A DNA stretch of 63,721 bases from Amoebidium appalachense (GCA_963693365.1 CAVNZM010000003.1:14612922-14676642); one strand, 5' to 3'. Positions 28,073-42,512 are shown, counted from the stretch's first letter. The notes: a model not told the origin generated them from the letters alone. Translations and numbers: made by a program.

Positions 28073-28991
28073 GAGGGGGGGGAGGGGGGGGGGGGAGGGG
28101 GGAGGGGGAGGAAGGGGGGGGGGGGGGGGGGGGAGGGGGGGGGGGGGGGGGGGGGGGACTGTTTAAAGGCAATGTGCAGCGTGCAAAAAGGTGGGGGCAG
28201 TAAAGAAAAAGTAGCAAAGTCTTAGTTTTCAGAAGCTTTTAGTGCACGAGATATCATCGGATAGGGGGGAGGGGGGTAGCGGAGGGGTTCAACCTTGGGC
28301 GGGGGGGGGGGGGGGGGGGGGGGGGGGGTAGGGAAGAAATGACCCCGGAATAAATGGAGGGATCGGGGGGGATGGGGCAGGGAGGGATGGGGAGCAACAA
28401 ATAAACGCGGGTCCTTGTGGGGGGAGAGGGGGGGGGGGGGGAGGAGGAGGGGGAGGGAGGGGAGGTTTCAACAACCCATAAGAGCGGTGGGGGCGGGCAG
28501 GGAGGGGGGCGGGGGGGGGGTTCAACACGAAATTACAAGAAGATTTACAAAAAGAATTACACACCTTGGGGTCCTTGCACAGTGCCTCATACTCCACGCC
28601 CTCAGTCTGCACCCCCTTCTCCTTTGCAGCCGCAATCAGCTGGGGTTTTTGCGGCACCACCAGGGCAATGCAGTAGGAGTGGAGGGGATCTGCAAACAGG
28701 CAGACATTGTCGACACATTGGGCCCCCATGAGGATGGACTCGATCTTACCCAGGGACACGTATTCGCCCTGCTGCAGCTTCACAAGATCCTTCTGCTCGG
28801 GTGTGTGAAGGGGGGGGGGGGGGGGGGGGGGATGGGGAGGGGGGGAGGGGAGGGAGGGAGGGGAGGGAGGGGAGGTGGGGAGGGGGGGTGGAGGGGGGTG
28901 GGGGGGGGGGGAAGAGGGGATTGGTGTTAGCGAAGTCCTTGGATAAGATGCAATGGAGGCAAGAAAATGGTGGAGAGAAGTGGGAAGAAAA

Positions 28992-29037
<46 letters not shown>

Positions 29038-29130
29038 GATCGGGATCGAGTGGGTGGGAAATCCAAGCAACGAAGCAGGTGCGTGTCTGATGGCAGTCCA
29101 GGAGGTTGGGGGGAGGGAGGGAGGGGGGGG

Positions 29131-29177
<47 letters not shown>

Positions 29178-30902
29178 TTTCTGATTTGGCAAAATTTATT
29201 GTGTTGTGAAGGAGAGAAGAACACAGTATGTGCAGCAACGAAATCTCTGCAAACAAAAAAAGGAAGGGGGGGGGGGGGTCCAAGCGAATTTTCGCACCTT
29301 GCGATCGATGATCTGCAGGTTGCCGTTGGGGTGGAACTGGCCAATGTCGCCGGTGTGGAACCAAACCTGCCCATTGGCGTCCCTACGGAATTCCTCGGCG
29401 GTCTTTTCCGGAAGCTTCCAGTAGCCCATAGCGATATTTGCACCCGAAATCACAATCTCACCGCGAGGCATACCGATCGCACTATCGTCCTTATCGGAAA
29501 CCCGATAACCGCCCTCCTCCCAATCTTCCAGCTTGATCTCGAGGCAGCACAGGGGGGCTCCGACTTTGCCGTAGCACGTGCGATCTTCGACGGAAGAAAT
29601 TGCCGCGGCACCGCAGGTCTCCGTCAGGCCGTAACCCTGGCAAACGGGAATACCGAATACGATATTCATGAATCGCTGCGATTCGGCGGAGAGCGGTGCG
29701 CCACCACAGAACATTGCCTTCATGCGTCCACCGAGAGCCATCTTGATCTTGTTAAATACGACCACGTCGCAGAGATAAGTGGAGATTCCACGGTCGTACA
29801 GGACGGATTTAGCCTTGTACGCGGCCCAAAACACCTTTTGCACAGCCGGGGAGGAGGATTCGACCTTGGAAATAACACCCTGGCGGATACGATCGAGGAT
29901 GGTGGGGACAGCAGCGAGGTATGTGGGGCGCAACTCCTCAAGATCACCCTTTGTTCCCTTCTTGATGCGGGGGGAGGTGGCGGTAAGTGTGGTCGGGGAG
30001 CCATAACCAATCCCAAGGCCCTCGGAGAGAAGGAAATTTTCAGCGGCGAGCGCAAAAATGTGTGCGAGGGGAAGGAAACCGAGGTAGACGTCTTCGCCGG
30101 GGATAAGGTTGCGGGGCAGAGAGTACTTGAAGCCGATAACTGTTGCCATAACGTTACCGTGGCTGAGCATAACACCCTTAGGCATACCAGTAGAGCCAGA
30201 GGTGTACATGATCACAGCGAGATCATCAGCCTTGGGAGCAACACCAGTCTCGTTCTTGTTTGCCTTTCCGTCCGATTCGACGGCATCAAATGCGTGGAGG
30301 GTGATGTTTTCGGGGAAGTTTGCGGTGTGCTCTGGTTTGGGCACGCCCGTGTAGATGATGTGGGCGAGTTTGGGGCACTTGGGGAGGATCTTGTGAAGGG
30401 TGGGAAGAAGGGCGGCCTCCGTAACGATGTGTGTCACTTCAGTTTCGTTGATTCCGTAAACGAGAGCCTCTTCGCCAAGAGTGGCATAGATGGTAACAAC
30501 GGCAACGTTGAAAGAGAATGCGGCGTTTGCTGCAACCTGCCACTCTGCGCACGTATTCATGAAAATGGACATGCGCGAACCGGAAGTCAGACCCGTGTTC
30601 TTTAAACCTGAGGCGAAGTCGACCACGCGCCCTTTAACCTGTGCGTAGGTCTGCCACTCGTACTCACCAAGGTGAAGTTTTTCGAACTCGCGGCCGGTTT
30701 TAGGGTCGGGCACAACCTCACGCTCAATGAGTTTACGCACGCCGAAACATTTCATGTCTGCGTATTTCCGTGCGGATTCTGCGAGCATTTCGGGGATTGT
30801 GCGCATGTTGTCGTATTTGGTTAAAAGCTGCTCCTTGCCCATCGGGTGGCGGTAGAGCACCTGCCCGGGGAGGGTGGAAACGTCAAAACCGTACTTAGCC
30901 AT
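27626..30902 (-). CDS. ACSL: Long-chain fatty acyl-CoA synthetase (ACSL3/4, Faa-like), 3 exons, 676 aa
   Basis: Exons 30902-29298, 28792-28565 and 27823-27626, all phase 0 GT-AG. Motifs: IMYTSGSTGMPKG (AMP binding), QGYGLTET, WFHTGDIG...IIDRKKDLVKLQQGEYVSLGK, GLVTASMKLQR. Confidence 0.95.
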
Positions 30903-31064
30903 TATTGTCTGCGAAAGTGTTGCGTTGTGTATGATCTGAATTGAAGGTAGAATGGGTTTTTTTCACGTTTCAGTAATGCTTGTTTATGTGTAACCCAGGA
31001 TGGTTTCGTCGGATGTCTTACTGAACTACAAACGTGAACTGATGGCAAACCTGTTGGTACCAGA

Positions 31065-31137
31065 TTTTATATAGAGCCGCTCTTTGAAAGTCGGCCAATC
31101 AAAAGAGGAGATCGATGTGGTGCGGGATTGTCCAATA
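31065..31137 (-). promoter_or_regulatory. TATA box and CCAAT motifs upstream of the acyl-CoA synthetase
   Basis: TATATAAAA on the minus strand at 31073-31065; CCAAT at ~31095 and ~31132. Confidence 0.45.
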
Positions 31138-32738
31138 CGACCGCGGTATGAAGGGGGGGGGCAAATCTCTCTTCCTGCAAGGCTTTAGCCACATGGCTCT
31201 TCGGCATGCCTAGAATGTGTGCACTACTTCTTGATTCGTAGGCATTTCGGACTCATATACATAGTGACCCGCATTACGCTTCTTTTTACAGCATTTCAGC
31301 AAGCGAGAACTTACATACATAAGTATTGTTATGTAATCTTTGTGTACGTCTGCCCAAGTGCTTTATTACAGAACGTAGGAATTTGCCTTCTTTCCACGTT
31401 TTCAATTTCAATCAATCAAAACCCGAATTTACGCATTCCATGTGAACGGACAGCCCACGCACATTATGATTGGCTTAGATCTTTCTTTGTTGACTAAATT
31501 ATGATTGGCTGAAAGCCTTTCTGGTACGTTGATTGGTGGAAAATGGCTCACGTTTGGGTCCCGGCCGGACTTCCGTCCGACCCGCAACTGTATGTACAGG
31601 GTCATACAAGCGCGATAGAAAACTAGTGTATACACAAAATGGAATTAGCATGAAAAAAAGAAGGCATTACTCCGAATGAAGATAATGTTCTAATGGCTGG
31701 TTGAGACCGATTAAATAGTTCACGCATGGATTAACTCAAGAGTATGAAGTTCGATCATCATCATCAGCAGCAGGCTGCTATCATCGTGATATGTTCAGGT
31801 GCAAACATCTCCCCCCCCCCTCCCCCCCCCCCCCCCCCCTCTCTCCTCCTCTCCCCCCCCCCCCCTCCCTTCCTCCCTGTAACACCCCCCACTCCCATCC
31901 TTCCTCCTCCCCCGTTCTCCGTCCCCCCTTCCTTCCACCCCCCTCCCCACCCAGCACCCTCTGGCCAGGCCCCTCAAACGCCCATATTAAAGGGACCCCA
32001 TGGACCACAAGCACGTACCCCACAAGGTACGTACGTGTACCCGACTCCCTGCGGCCTTGAGCTCCCCGACTCCTGAATAGATCCACCATGTTCGTCTTTT
32101 GTTTTGTACTAGAACCGTCCCGGCAGCCACTCTGCGACGAATGTACGGGGCAGTATTCGGATGGTGGAAGATCTCCTATCTGTATGTATGTGCATACGCG
32201 TGTACTAAGATTAGGATAACACTTCATTATTCAATACGTGATCCAAGTGAGCACACGCCATGGCCACGTGTGGCTCTGCAGCTGCGCATGCCGTTCCGGT
32301 GCCACAGTGTACACACATACAAATACGCGACGATACCATGCCACTGAGTAGGCAGAACCTTGTGTTTTCACGTCACTAATTCACAATATTAGTCTTCCTA
32401 AACCCAAACGGACAGTCACAGTCACAAATACACCTGCAGGCCCTGCCGCTTGGCCACCCATCCACACCCTTAAACATAGCTAACATATTATCATCGCGGC
32501 CTTGATAATTTTTTAGTTTCTTTCTTTCTTTCATTCTTTCTTTTCTTTTTTTTTTTGGTTCCAGAGGAGACTCCTTGGGATCTCTTGTGAGGAATACGGT
32601 ACCGTCATCCACTATATGCATCTCTTAACCCTATTAAGCCCCAACTGCCCCCCCTCCCCCCCAACCCCACTCACCCACCCACCCACCCACCCACCCATCT
32701 CGGTGACCCACACATGTACACAATCACACACGCACATG

Positions 32739-32820
<82 letters not shown>

Positions 32821-33149
32821 GATGTTGATTTTGTGGCAGGCCGGAATGGAACACCTGGTCCACGAGCTTTAGCTGACGATTGCCAATCTATAGCTTACAA
32901 GTAGGTCTGTGCGCCGGCTGTCGCCGGCGCCAAAACATAACAAAACAATTATTGATGTTGGGTTGTGTGGTTGTTACCTCCCCTCCCCCCTCCCCCCGCC
33001 CCCCCCCCTCCCTGGCCCCCCCGCCTTACGCTTCCCCCCCCCCCCCCCCCTGGCCCCCCCGCCTCACGCTTCCTCCCCCCCCCCCCCCCCCCCCACAATC
33101 CTGCAGTTGCCGGATCTGCCAAATGTTATGACCCTTTTCCCTTTCATTT

Positions 33150-33182
<33 letters not shown>

Positions 33183-34073
33183 TTTCTTGCCAAACTGTGT
33201 TATCAGTCTAAGGAGAGATTGCCATTGCCGAAGTACCAAGTTTACTTGTGGTCCTCCAAAAACATGTAGCTGAAAACCACCAAGTGCAATATGTTCTAAA
33301 TTGCTTGCAAATTATTTATAATATTATTACTATCTTGTTGTTTTACTTATTTTACAGAACTGTTTGGTAACCCCCTTTATGATATGCATGGGCAGGCAAT
33401 AAAACTGGCCACGTGCACTGAGTGCCAGGTGGGCAACATATTTCAGTGAAGTCTGGAATTGGCACCCCCCCCGAAATGTTCCCGAACATAAAATCATCAT
33501 TCTACGGTGTCTGTCAATATACCATGCTCACAAGTCAGTACTGCAATTATACTATTCTCAGTTTACTTCAAAGCATCCCCCCCCCCCCCCCCCCCCCCCG
33601 GGCCCTCTTCCCATTCCCTGCCCCCCAAATTTTTTTATTTTATGTTTTTCATACTCAGTGACTAAAATCATGGCACCCGTGTTTTCTAGATATATTTCCT
33701 TTCATTGTGTTCAACGTCTATGTGTGTGTGTGTGTGTGTGTGCATGTTTGTGTGTGTGTGAATGTGTGTGTGTGTGGGCCAAGTGAAGGTTGTATGTGTT
33801 TTTGTCTTCTTAGTTGTTTTTGTATTCTATTCGATTATTACTTTGTGTGTACATGTGGAAAAAAAACAAATAAAAAAAAATTACCAATGACCACCGCCCA
33901 GCTTGAATCACCCTAGCTCTAGTGTAAAAAAATAATCATTATCAGCCACAAACCCTTCTAGTACACTTGCCCCAAATGTCATATTCACATTACTGAGTTG
34001 ATTTAGTTGTGTTGTTTACTCTATTTTTTTCAACAACTGTCTGCCTATAGCTATTAAAACATTAAAATGTACA

Positions 34074-34104
<31 letters not shown>

Positions 34105-34114
34105 GCCACAGGCC

Positions 34115-34163
<49 letters not shown>

Positions 34164-34886
34164 ATATAGAATTTACCGTCCTCATCCCCGTGTCCCCCTA
34201 AACCGGTGTTAGCAGACCTTTGAGGTTTTTGTGATTGGATTGGTAGTTCTATTACATTAAAATTTTCAAAATGTCGTTGTACCAATGATATAGTACTTTG
34301 TAAAAAAAATGTCGCCGGATTTCTCTAAAAAAAGTGCGTTCCATTCTGGGTTAGAAACGAAAACCGTTTTGATACGGGAATCACCTGATCTCTGCCGTCA
34401 TTCAGCCCAGCGTGTTCACAGTAGACTCCGAAACGGCTGGTTTTTTTTTGCTTTTTATTTCAAAGCCCCGAGTACGTACATCCTCTCGGGCCCAACTTTA
34501 GGGCACTATATTTCAATTTTCTCATTATCAAATATATAGTTATTTTAGGCTTTTTCATTAGTATCTCAAGAATATTTAGCGATTTTGATGTCATAAAAAC
34601 AACTAAGCAACGTTTCGATGGTTTTTGATGCCTCACAAAATGGCCTTAGGTCCCCTCCAAATTCCGGATTTGAGGTCCGGCAAACAACGCATTATATATA
34701 TAGATAATATCATGCACCGTCACAAGTTATTCCAAAGTTTTTCTGTGTTTATACTGCTGCCCAGCTCAGTGTGAAATGTGCCTATTCGTCAACAATAGTA
34801 CTCCCCCCACCCCTCCACCGCTTCCCACCTTCCCACGCTTCCCAGCACCACACACACACACAAAATTACTGCCACCTTTCCCATGG

Positions 34887-34917
<31 letters not shown>

Positions 34918-35129
34918 AATAAACTTCCCGACCCTTTTCCTCATTGTGCCTCCTTCTGTGACATCATAATCATTGTGTGTGACTAATTAGGCCAATATTA
35001 TATATATATATATATACGTACATACATACATATATTTATTAGGTATGTAAGAGATGGTGAGTTTGTAATTTAAGTTGAAGCTCTTGAATTGGAACCCACG
35101 AGCTCATGGGGTGGTGGAGAGGGGGGGGA

Positions 35130-35160
<31 letters not shown>

Positions 35161-35360
35161 GCTCGAGGGGGAAAAAGCCGGGGGAAAGGGAAAAGAAGTA
35201 TGGAGGGAGAGGGCGAAGTAGTGGGTTGGGAGGGAGAAACCGGGGGGAGTAGAGGAGACTGGTACACGTGAGGGCCCCGGGGGTGACTCACGGCGAAGGG
35301 GAGCGTTGGGTGTGGGGTGGAGCGCAGGGGAGCGGGAGAGGAGCTCCCGCCGGGGAAGGA

Positions 35361-35397
<37 letters not shown>

Positions 35398-36578
35398 GGG
35401 GAGAGAAGGGGAGGGAGGGGGGGGGGGGGGGGGGGGGGGGGCTGTATGAACCATTGGGCAAAAGAAAACGTCTCACAGAAAGCCGGTAGTGGGCCCCCAA
35501 TGTGCACCCCCCCCCCCACCCCCCACCCCCCCACCCCCACCCCACCTACCCTCCCACCCCCCGTCCTAAATTTCCCCCCTCCTCCCCCAACCCACCCATC
35601 CCCCCGTCCTCCCTTCCCCCTGAAAACTTCAGGCACCAGAATCGATTCATGAGAATTGTCTTCCTAGTGACTCACCCACGCATGTATGGACATATTTGCC
35701 ATTATTTATTGCAATCGTTCATGAAATTTGGGGTGTAGGTGTTGCACCTACAGTGCTTGCACTAGTTTTATGCACCAATCGTCTTTTTGCAGTCATATGA
35801 TTGGTCGGCCATGCACGATCTATATAGTGAATCGTTTGCTTCTCTCATATATATATTTCTACCTTTTTAGTTGTTTTATAATTAGAAAAAATAGTGACTT
35901 TAAAAGATTGACTTTATAGAGTCAAACATCCAACCAATCACATCCCAAAGACGTGCCTTGCGCTGATTGGTGCAGAGAGTCAACGCAAGCACTGTATTGG
36001 TTGAAACTTTGGGGCAAATAAATGTTCACTGATACTACAGCTAGGTGTGGGGTTCATTTTTAAGAGGGGGAGGGGGGGGAAGAAAGGAGAACCAATGTGG
36101 ATAGAGGGGGAGGGAGGGGAGGGGGAAAGGGGAGGAAGAGGGGGGGGGGGGGGGGGGGTATCTTCGAGTTTGTCTGGTTCTGTGTCCGTGTTTGTTCTCC
36201 TCAGCTGCAGTTTCTCCCCCTCCTCCCTCCCCCCCCCCCCCCCCCCCGCCTCCCCCATGCCACCCCTCCCTCCCTCTCTATCCGCATTTGTTCTCCTTAA
36301 TTTCTTCTCCCCCCCATCCCCCCTTTGTCCACGTTGGTTCACCGCAGTTTCTTTTGTCCTCTCCTTCTTCTCTCTCTCTCTCTCTCTCATTCTCTCCCTC
36401 CCCCCCCCCCCCCTCTCTCTCTTCTCTCTCTGTGTGTGTGTGTCCGTGTTTGCTCACCTCAGTCTCTTTCCCTCTCTCGCTGCACCCCCCCCCCCCCCCC
36501 CCCCCAACCCACCCACCCCTCTTCCCTCGTTCCCTCCCTCTCATTTCTTTTCGTGTGTGTGTGTGTGTGTGTGACTGT

Positions 36579-36625
<47 letters not shown>

Positions 36626-37042
36626 GTTGCACAAGAGCTTCTCGAGCTCTTTGTCTTTATCTGACAAAAGATTGCTATTTATTTCAGCCAATAATAGCAA
36701 TCTGTTGTCAGACAAACACACGTTTTCTCTTCACTGACGTGATACTATTGGCTTACTCAGCAGTATACACAGCACTGCAGCTAAATGTACATCTTTTTTA
36801 CACGCCATATCAGCCCATAAAAGATATACATTCTCACACAGTCCCCCAACTTTTCATACACCAGGTGATTGATCTTCTTAGTCCATGCACCCCGCAGGAA
36901 ACAGATTATGATACTGCACGAAAGACTCGAATATTACTCGTTCTTGGTGGTATCAGCCCGTTGTACAATCTTACACAGCCACACACCTATTCAAACAGCG
37001 GCAATAGATAGTTCTATTTCATGCATCACACAGAAATGAATC

Positions 37043-37208
37043 GGGGTTTACGCTGTTTACTCGAGGCAAAGAGAAACCAGTCTCAGGTATGGGGAGGGTT
37101 TTGCTCGGAATATCCCCTCAGCGGTATATCATGATCACGTACATAGATGTCGGGTGATGACTATATATCAGGGTTTACTTTCTCTACGAGACACCATAAA
37201 GACTACAA
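37043..37208 (+). repeat. ~165-bp dispersed repeat, left copy (inverted relative to 41203-41368)
   Basis: Near-perfect reverse complement of the right copy. The region is flanked by the direct repeat aatgaatcgg (37035-37044, 37298-37307). Confidence 0.85.
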
Positions 37209-37445
37209 AGAGAAATCATTTAGTTCGGGTTCCCCGGTTTGTTTTTTCTTTTAATTTTTTTAATTTTTTTAATTTTTTTTTTTTTTTTTTTTTTTTTAAT
37301 GAATCGGTTTCCCGGCCCTATCAGCCCATTGTACAATCTTAGGCAGTCACGCACACTTTCAAACACAGTCGATAGACACTCCTAATTCATGCATCACGCA
37401 TAAAAGTTAGATTATAGATCCAGATTAAAATTTAACGATCAAAAC

Positions 37446-39892
37446 CTACTCGCTCTTCAACCGGTAGCATTCCTCATCCTCCTTACACCTCTGCAACAGC
37501 ACCGAATTCATCAACGCACCAAGGGGGGCTCCAACAAACGGGGCCAAAATATAAACCCAAAAATCATTCCTAGGCCCAGGAATAGCCATTTTACCCCATC
37601 CGGCGAAATACGCAACAATACGCGGTCCAAAATCCCTCGCGGGATTCAGCCCCGCCTGAGTCAAGGGGGCCGTAACTGAAATGAGGATGGATACCGTAAA
37701 TCCGATCATGAGCGGAACGAATTTCGGATCGATCGCATTGTTACATTTGTCGGTTAGAGACATAATCGTAAACATGAGAAACGCCGTCCCGAACATTTCA
37801 ACGCCGAAACCGGCCCCAACCCCGACAACGTCCCAATTTTCCACCCAGGGAGAATACGCGCCAGGGTTTGGAAAATATTCGCCGAAACACATTGCGGTTT
37901 TTATGCTATCCATCTCCCCTCTAATCAAGTTATTTTTGCTCTCGTAGTGCTTAAAAGATCCATAGAACAGACCGTAAACTGTGGCGCTCGCAGCGACCGC
38001 GCCGAGCAACTGGGCGACAACATAAATACCGAATTTTCGCCACGTGAACGATTTCGGGCGAAAGATCGCAAATGCCAAACTCACTGCAGGGTTAAGGTGT
38101 GCGCCTGAGATGTGGGCGGTAGAGTAGATGGCTAGGGAAACGGCCCAGCCCCATACCACGGCCACCTGAGAAGGGGAGGTTTTGTATCAGCAAACAATAA
38201 AGAGAGAGATATATTCATCAATACTTGGTTATGAGTTTCTTCGCCAACACGGGCACATAAGAGATTCTTGAATTCAAACACGGGGGGAGGGGGGGGGGGG
38301 GGAGGGATTCACCCGCCCCAGTAGATGCTCCCTTCCCTCCCCCTCCCCCTCCCCTTCCCCCGGCTGATATGACCAGTGATAGGAGAGGATTTGGCATCCA
38401 CTTACAAACTTATCCCCTCTCGATTGATAATGTCATGCTACACACTACACAGGCAGCTCCCCTTATCCCCCCCCCCCCCCCCCCCAAAAAAAAAAAAAAA
38501 AAAAAATCCCCCTCGGTCACTCTATCCACCTCTCAGCGGGGTCTCTAATGGTGAGACTTAATTGTTTCTCATTCAGTTCTAGACATCAGTGTACACCGGT
38601 CCCTTACGTTTGCTTCCCCCCTCTCTCCCCTCCCCCGCCCCCCCCCGCCCCCCCCCCCCCCCCCCCCCCGTGTTCCCCCCCCTCCGCCCTGACTTGCCAC
38701 TGTCTACCGAACCTCACTCAATCCCAGTCCAACTGCAAGTGTACACACAAGTATTTCATTTTATGTCACCCACTCAAAAACACTGCTGGTAAAACTACAA
38801 CGAAACGTTGGCATCAGCAAGAACAAGTGTCACACGCACGCACGCATGCATGTGCACGTGCGTCCACAACACACATTCACCCAATCACACAACTTCTCTT
38901 TTGCGCACACCTCTAACATATGCCAATACACACACGCGCACACACACACACACACACACACAAAACACGCACACACAAGGTGCACTACACACCTGTGACA
39001 TGAAGGTACACTCAAACTCCTAAATATAAATCCGGACACATCCAAAAGTTCCCAGTCACATACACACCACACAGATGTCCCAGAGAAAGACACACACTCA
39101 TTTGGGCACACACTCGCATTCACATGCACAGGAACGCTGTGACACATCTACACAAACACATTCGCACGCCAAAACACACTCAGACGCCGGCACACACACA
39201 CACGAATGTAGTGAATGCGTGAACACAGGCATACAAACACGCCTTTAAATGGCACACAGACACCACACACACACACAGACACGCTCACTGAGTGCATGCA
39301 CGTGTTCGTGTACCATGATACCATGACACAGACACAGAATTTTCTTTGCCTCTTTTTCTCCCTCACACCCGTATCCCCCCTCCCCCCACCCCTCCTCTCC
39401 AACACCTCCTCGCCCCCTCCCCTCCTCCCCCCCCCCCCACGTACCCCCTTCCTACCCTCCCCCCCCCCCCCTGTCCCCGCCAACACACCCACACAAAGAA
39501 GCATGCAAAACCCCTCCGGAGGGAGGGGTGGCGGGGAGTGAGCACCAAATTTTCATATTTCTGCTAAAACCCCCCCCCCCCCCCTCCTCCCCGCCAGCCA
39601 TCCCCCTTTAAGTTGCAGAATTCTTTATACACACCCATTGCCATAGTGCCACAGCTATACCGAAGTAATTTCAACGCAATTCTTGCAAGAACATAACGAT
39701 TTCCCCAAAAAAAAAAGGAAAGAGGGGGGGGGGGGGGGGGGTTAGGATAAAGTACCAAAACGGCATGCACACACCTAGAACACTCATCATCCCACGACAA
39801 CGCTATCTACTGCTCCTTCCACCTGCACGCAGGGGTACATACGCACACCATCTCCGTTTTTCTTTTGAAGGCAAGGCGTTGGTAGCCAACGA

Positions 39893-39953
<61 letters not shown>

Positions 39954-40605
39954 CTACGGGAGAAGGGCGGGATCTGTGAAAGGTGTGAAAGCCATAAATA
40001 TCAAAGGGGCGAGGCGGTTATATGTTGGTGGGAAGGAAACGGGTGGGGAGGCGGTTGTGGGTTGGTGGATGGGTTGGGGTGTGTGTGCGTGTGTTGGGGC
40101 AGGGGAAGGGGGGGGGGGGGGGGGAGAGTCTCAAGCACACCTGCCACAATCCTTGCTGGGAGCCCGTCAATACGGCAGCAGCCACAACACCCGTGCCGAA
40201 AAAAACGATGATGTACGTTCCCACAAACTCAGCAAAAGCCTCCAGCAAGGCGGTTGATCTTGTAATGGCAAGACGCATGCTTACACTCCCTCGAACCGGA
40301 GCAGTCGAAACAGGGAGACCTGTAACGGTGGAAAAGGGCTCTTCCCCTCCTCCCATGCCGCCATTTGGAACCATCGTTCCACACATGTCTGCATCACAGT
40401 CTCCTGTTGCTTCTATGTTATCGATGTCCATAGTCCGCCCGTCATTCAGTTGGTTAAATGTTGTTTCATCTTCGCCCAGAGATGGGCTCTTGCCCTTGTG
40501 GTGGGGTGTGTGAGATGTGTTTCTGTTGACTGCTTCCATGTGGATGTTTTGTGGAGGGGCGCCGCAGCCTCCGTCAGAACACGCCCCCATTTTACAACTG
40601 GACAT
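37446..40605 (-). CDS. Aquaglyceroporin (MIP family, GlpF-like), 2 exons, 394 aa with long N-terminal extension
   Basis: Exons 40605-40141 and 38165-37446 (phase 0, GT-AG). Motifs: AEFVGT, ISGAHLNPAVS, LNPARDFGPR (Asp after the second NPA is glyceroporin-type), WVYILAP. Confidence 0.93.
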
Positions 40606-41164
40606 TTTCTCTAGTTAGCGCAGATGTTTTGGCTGGCAGATCCAACGTGTCTGCCGTTTTTCTGTTTTTATCCTGTGCCAGCGTTCCCCGTGTGGTTTTG
40701 ATACACCCCCTCTAAATATCCGCTAGTTTAGAAAAATTCACTTTCATGTATACTTGTTGTGAATGACGGACATGAAGCCTTATAAGTGACCAAAAACCTT
40801 TTTAAATTATATATATACTTTTCGTCTACAGAAATAATCTATGATAATATATAGCTTTATAAATTAGAGCATAAACGACTTGTTCTTTTGAATATCTGAA
40901 GGGTAGTTTGAAAATAAAACACCCCTCCATTTTATAGTTTTCGGGGATTCAACTGGTGCGACCCTAACCAATGGGCTTTGGACTTCAGGGCACGTGCCTG
41001 TGCCGCATGATGTGTTTGTGGCCACATGGTGTGTGTGCGTGTGTGCGTGTGTGTGTGTGTGCCAGGTGTGTGTGTGTGTGTGTGTGTGTGTGTCTGTGTG
41101 TGTGGGTGTGGATGTGGGTGGGTGACACTGGGTGTGTGTGTGTGTATGTGTGCGTGTGCGTGTG

Positions 41165-41368
41165 TGTTTGTAGTCTTTATGGTGTTTGTAGTCTTTATGG
41201 TGTTGTAGTCTTTATGGTGTCTCGTAGAGAAAGTAACCCTGATATATAGTCACCACCCGACATCTATGTACGTGATCATGATATACCGCTGAGGGGATAT
41301 TCCGAGCAAACCCCCCCCCCATACCTGAGACTGGTTTCTCTTTGCCTCGAGTAAACAGCGTAAACCCC
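41165..41368 (-). repeat. ~165-bp dispersed repeat, right copy, with triplicated terminal ~19-mer
   Basis: Reverse complement of 37043-37208; tgtagtctttatggtgt is repeated three times at 41169-41220. Confidence 0.85.
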
Positions 41369-41906
41369 TGTTTATGTGTCACATCACCACATTCCCATCT
41401 CGAGTCTCCCGGCTTCCCCGCTCCCCCCCCCCCCCCCCCCCCCCCCCCCCTGGCCGCCCACCCACCCACATACACACACACACCACACCCACCCACATAC
41501 ACACACACACCCGCCCACCCACCGCCCTCCTCCACCCGCCCCCTCTACCCCTTTAACACTCATCTCACGACTCCTTTTCTAACTGAACGTTAACAGCGTA
41601 CTACTAGAATGAGAGCCACGGTTCACATGATTGGCCTGGATGGTGGATGTTTACAAATGCAAATAATTGCACGGAAATGCGCGCATGAACACGTGTGCTA
41701 TTAACAAGCAGATCACCCACCGTGGCACAAAAAACATATAATCGCTGCGTTGCTGCAAGTTTGATCACAGATGATCTACACATGCACGCACACCCGGGCA
41801 CTGCGTGTGGGCACACGCACCCATGTACACGTTCACATCCAGATCACTACAGGGGCCATTTCCGATTCACCAAAATGTGTGTGTGTGTGTGTGTGTGCGT
41901 GCGTGT

Positions 41907-42512
41907 TTTATTTTTTTATTTTTTTTTATTTTATCCCGTTTCACTCCCGGCGAGGCACTGCCTCAGGGGAGCTTACCGTCTTCCGCCTGGACACAGATCG
42001 TACTGTATAGCACACTCATAAGTCAGGATTCTAATTGACCCCAACTGGCACTATTTTTAGTTACGCCTTATCCCACGGTTCTAGCCGCAGCAACGCTTTT
42101 TCTTTTGTAGTGGGGAAGTGAGCACAGCTCACTTTAACAACACCAGCCGGGAGCGACCCGGGACACATACACAAACATAAAGACTTGAAAGGGGAAGACC
42201 CCATGCCCAGGACGCTGACCCGAACCGTGGCCGGTGACTCGGATTGGTCTCCCACTTGAACGTTGGGCTGGGATGCCCAAGCGGCGCGCCGTCGACGTCA
42301 GAGGGCCGGTGCTGTTCATGACGTCATGTCTTGCGGCCGGATGATAACAAATTGGTGGTGCTGCTTGACGTGGTCTGGGGTGATGGCTTCTAGGGGGCGG
42401 CCAGACTCGGTGGACCGTCGAGGCAGAAAAATCGGAAGTAGGCTAACCAGGATCGATCCTGCGACTTTGAGCTTAACACGCAGAGGTCTTACCATTGCAC
42501 CAACCCGCCCCC
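41907..42512 (-). mobile_element. Full-length tRNA-derived SINE (~606 bp)
   Basis: The 5' head GGCGGGTTGGTGCAATGGTAAG...GCAGGATCGATCCTG has A- and B-box-like motifs in a degenerate cloverleaf. There is a 3' stem-loop, an A-rich tail and a 14-bp TSD gtgtgcgtgcgtgt (41893-41906, 42513-42526). Confidence 0.8.

Noticed and set aside
29106-30605. 499-aa plus-strand ORF
   Set aside because: Antisense shadow of the acyl-CoA synthetase exon; it starts in poly-G and has no recognisable motifs.
32627-32645. piggyBac-like end (ttaaccctattaagccc)
   Set aside because: No matching opposite end was found in the window.
42440-42512. Functional tRNA-Asn(GTT) gene
   Set aside because: Acceptor and anticodon stems pair poorly and the sequence continues into a tailed, TSD-flanked element, so it is treated as a SINE head.
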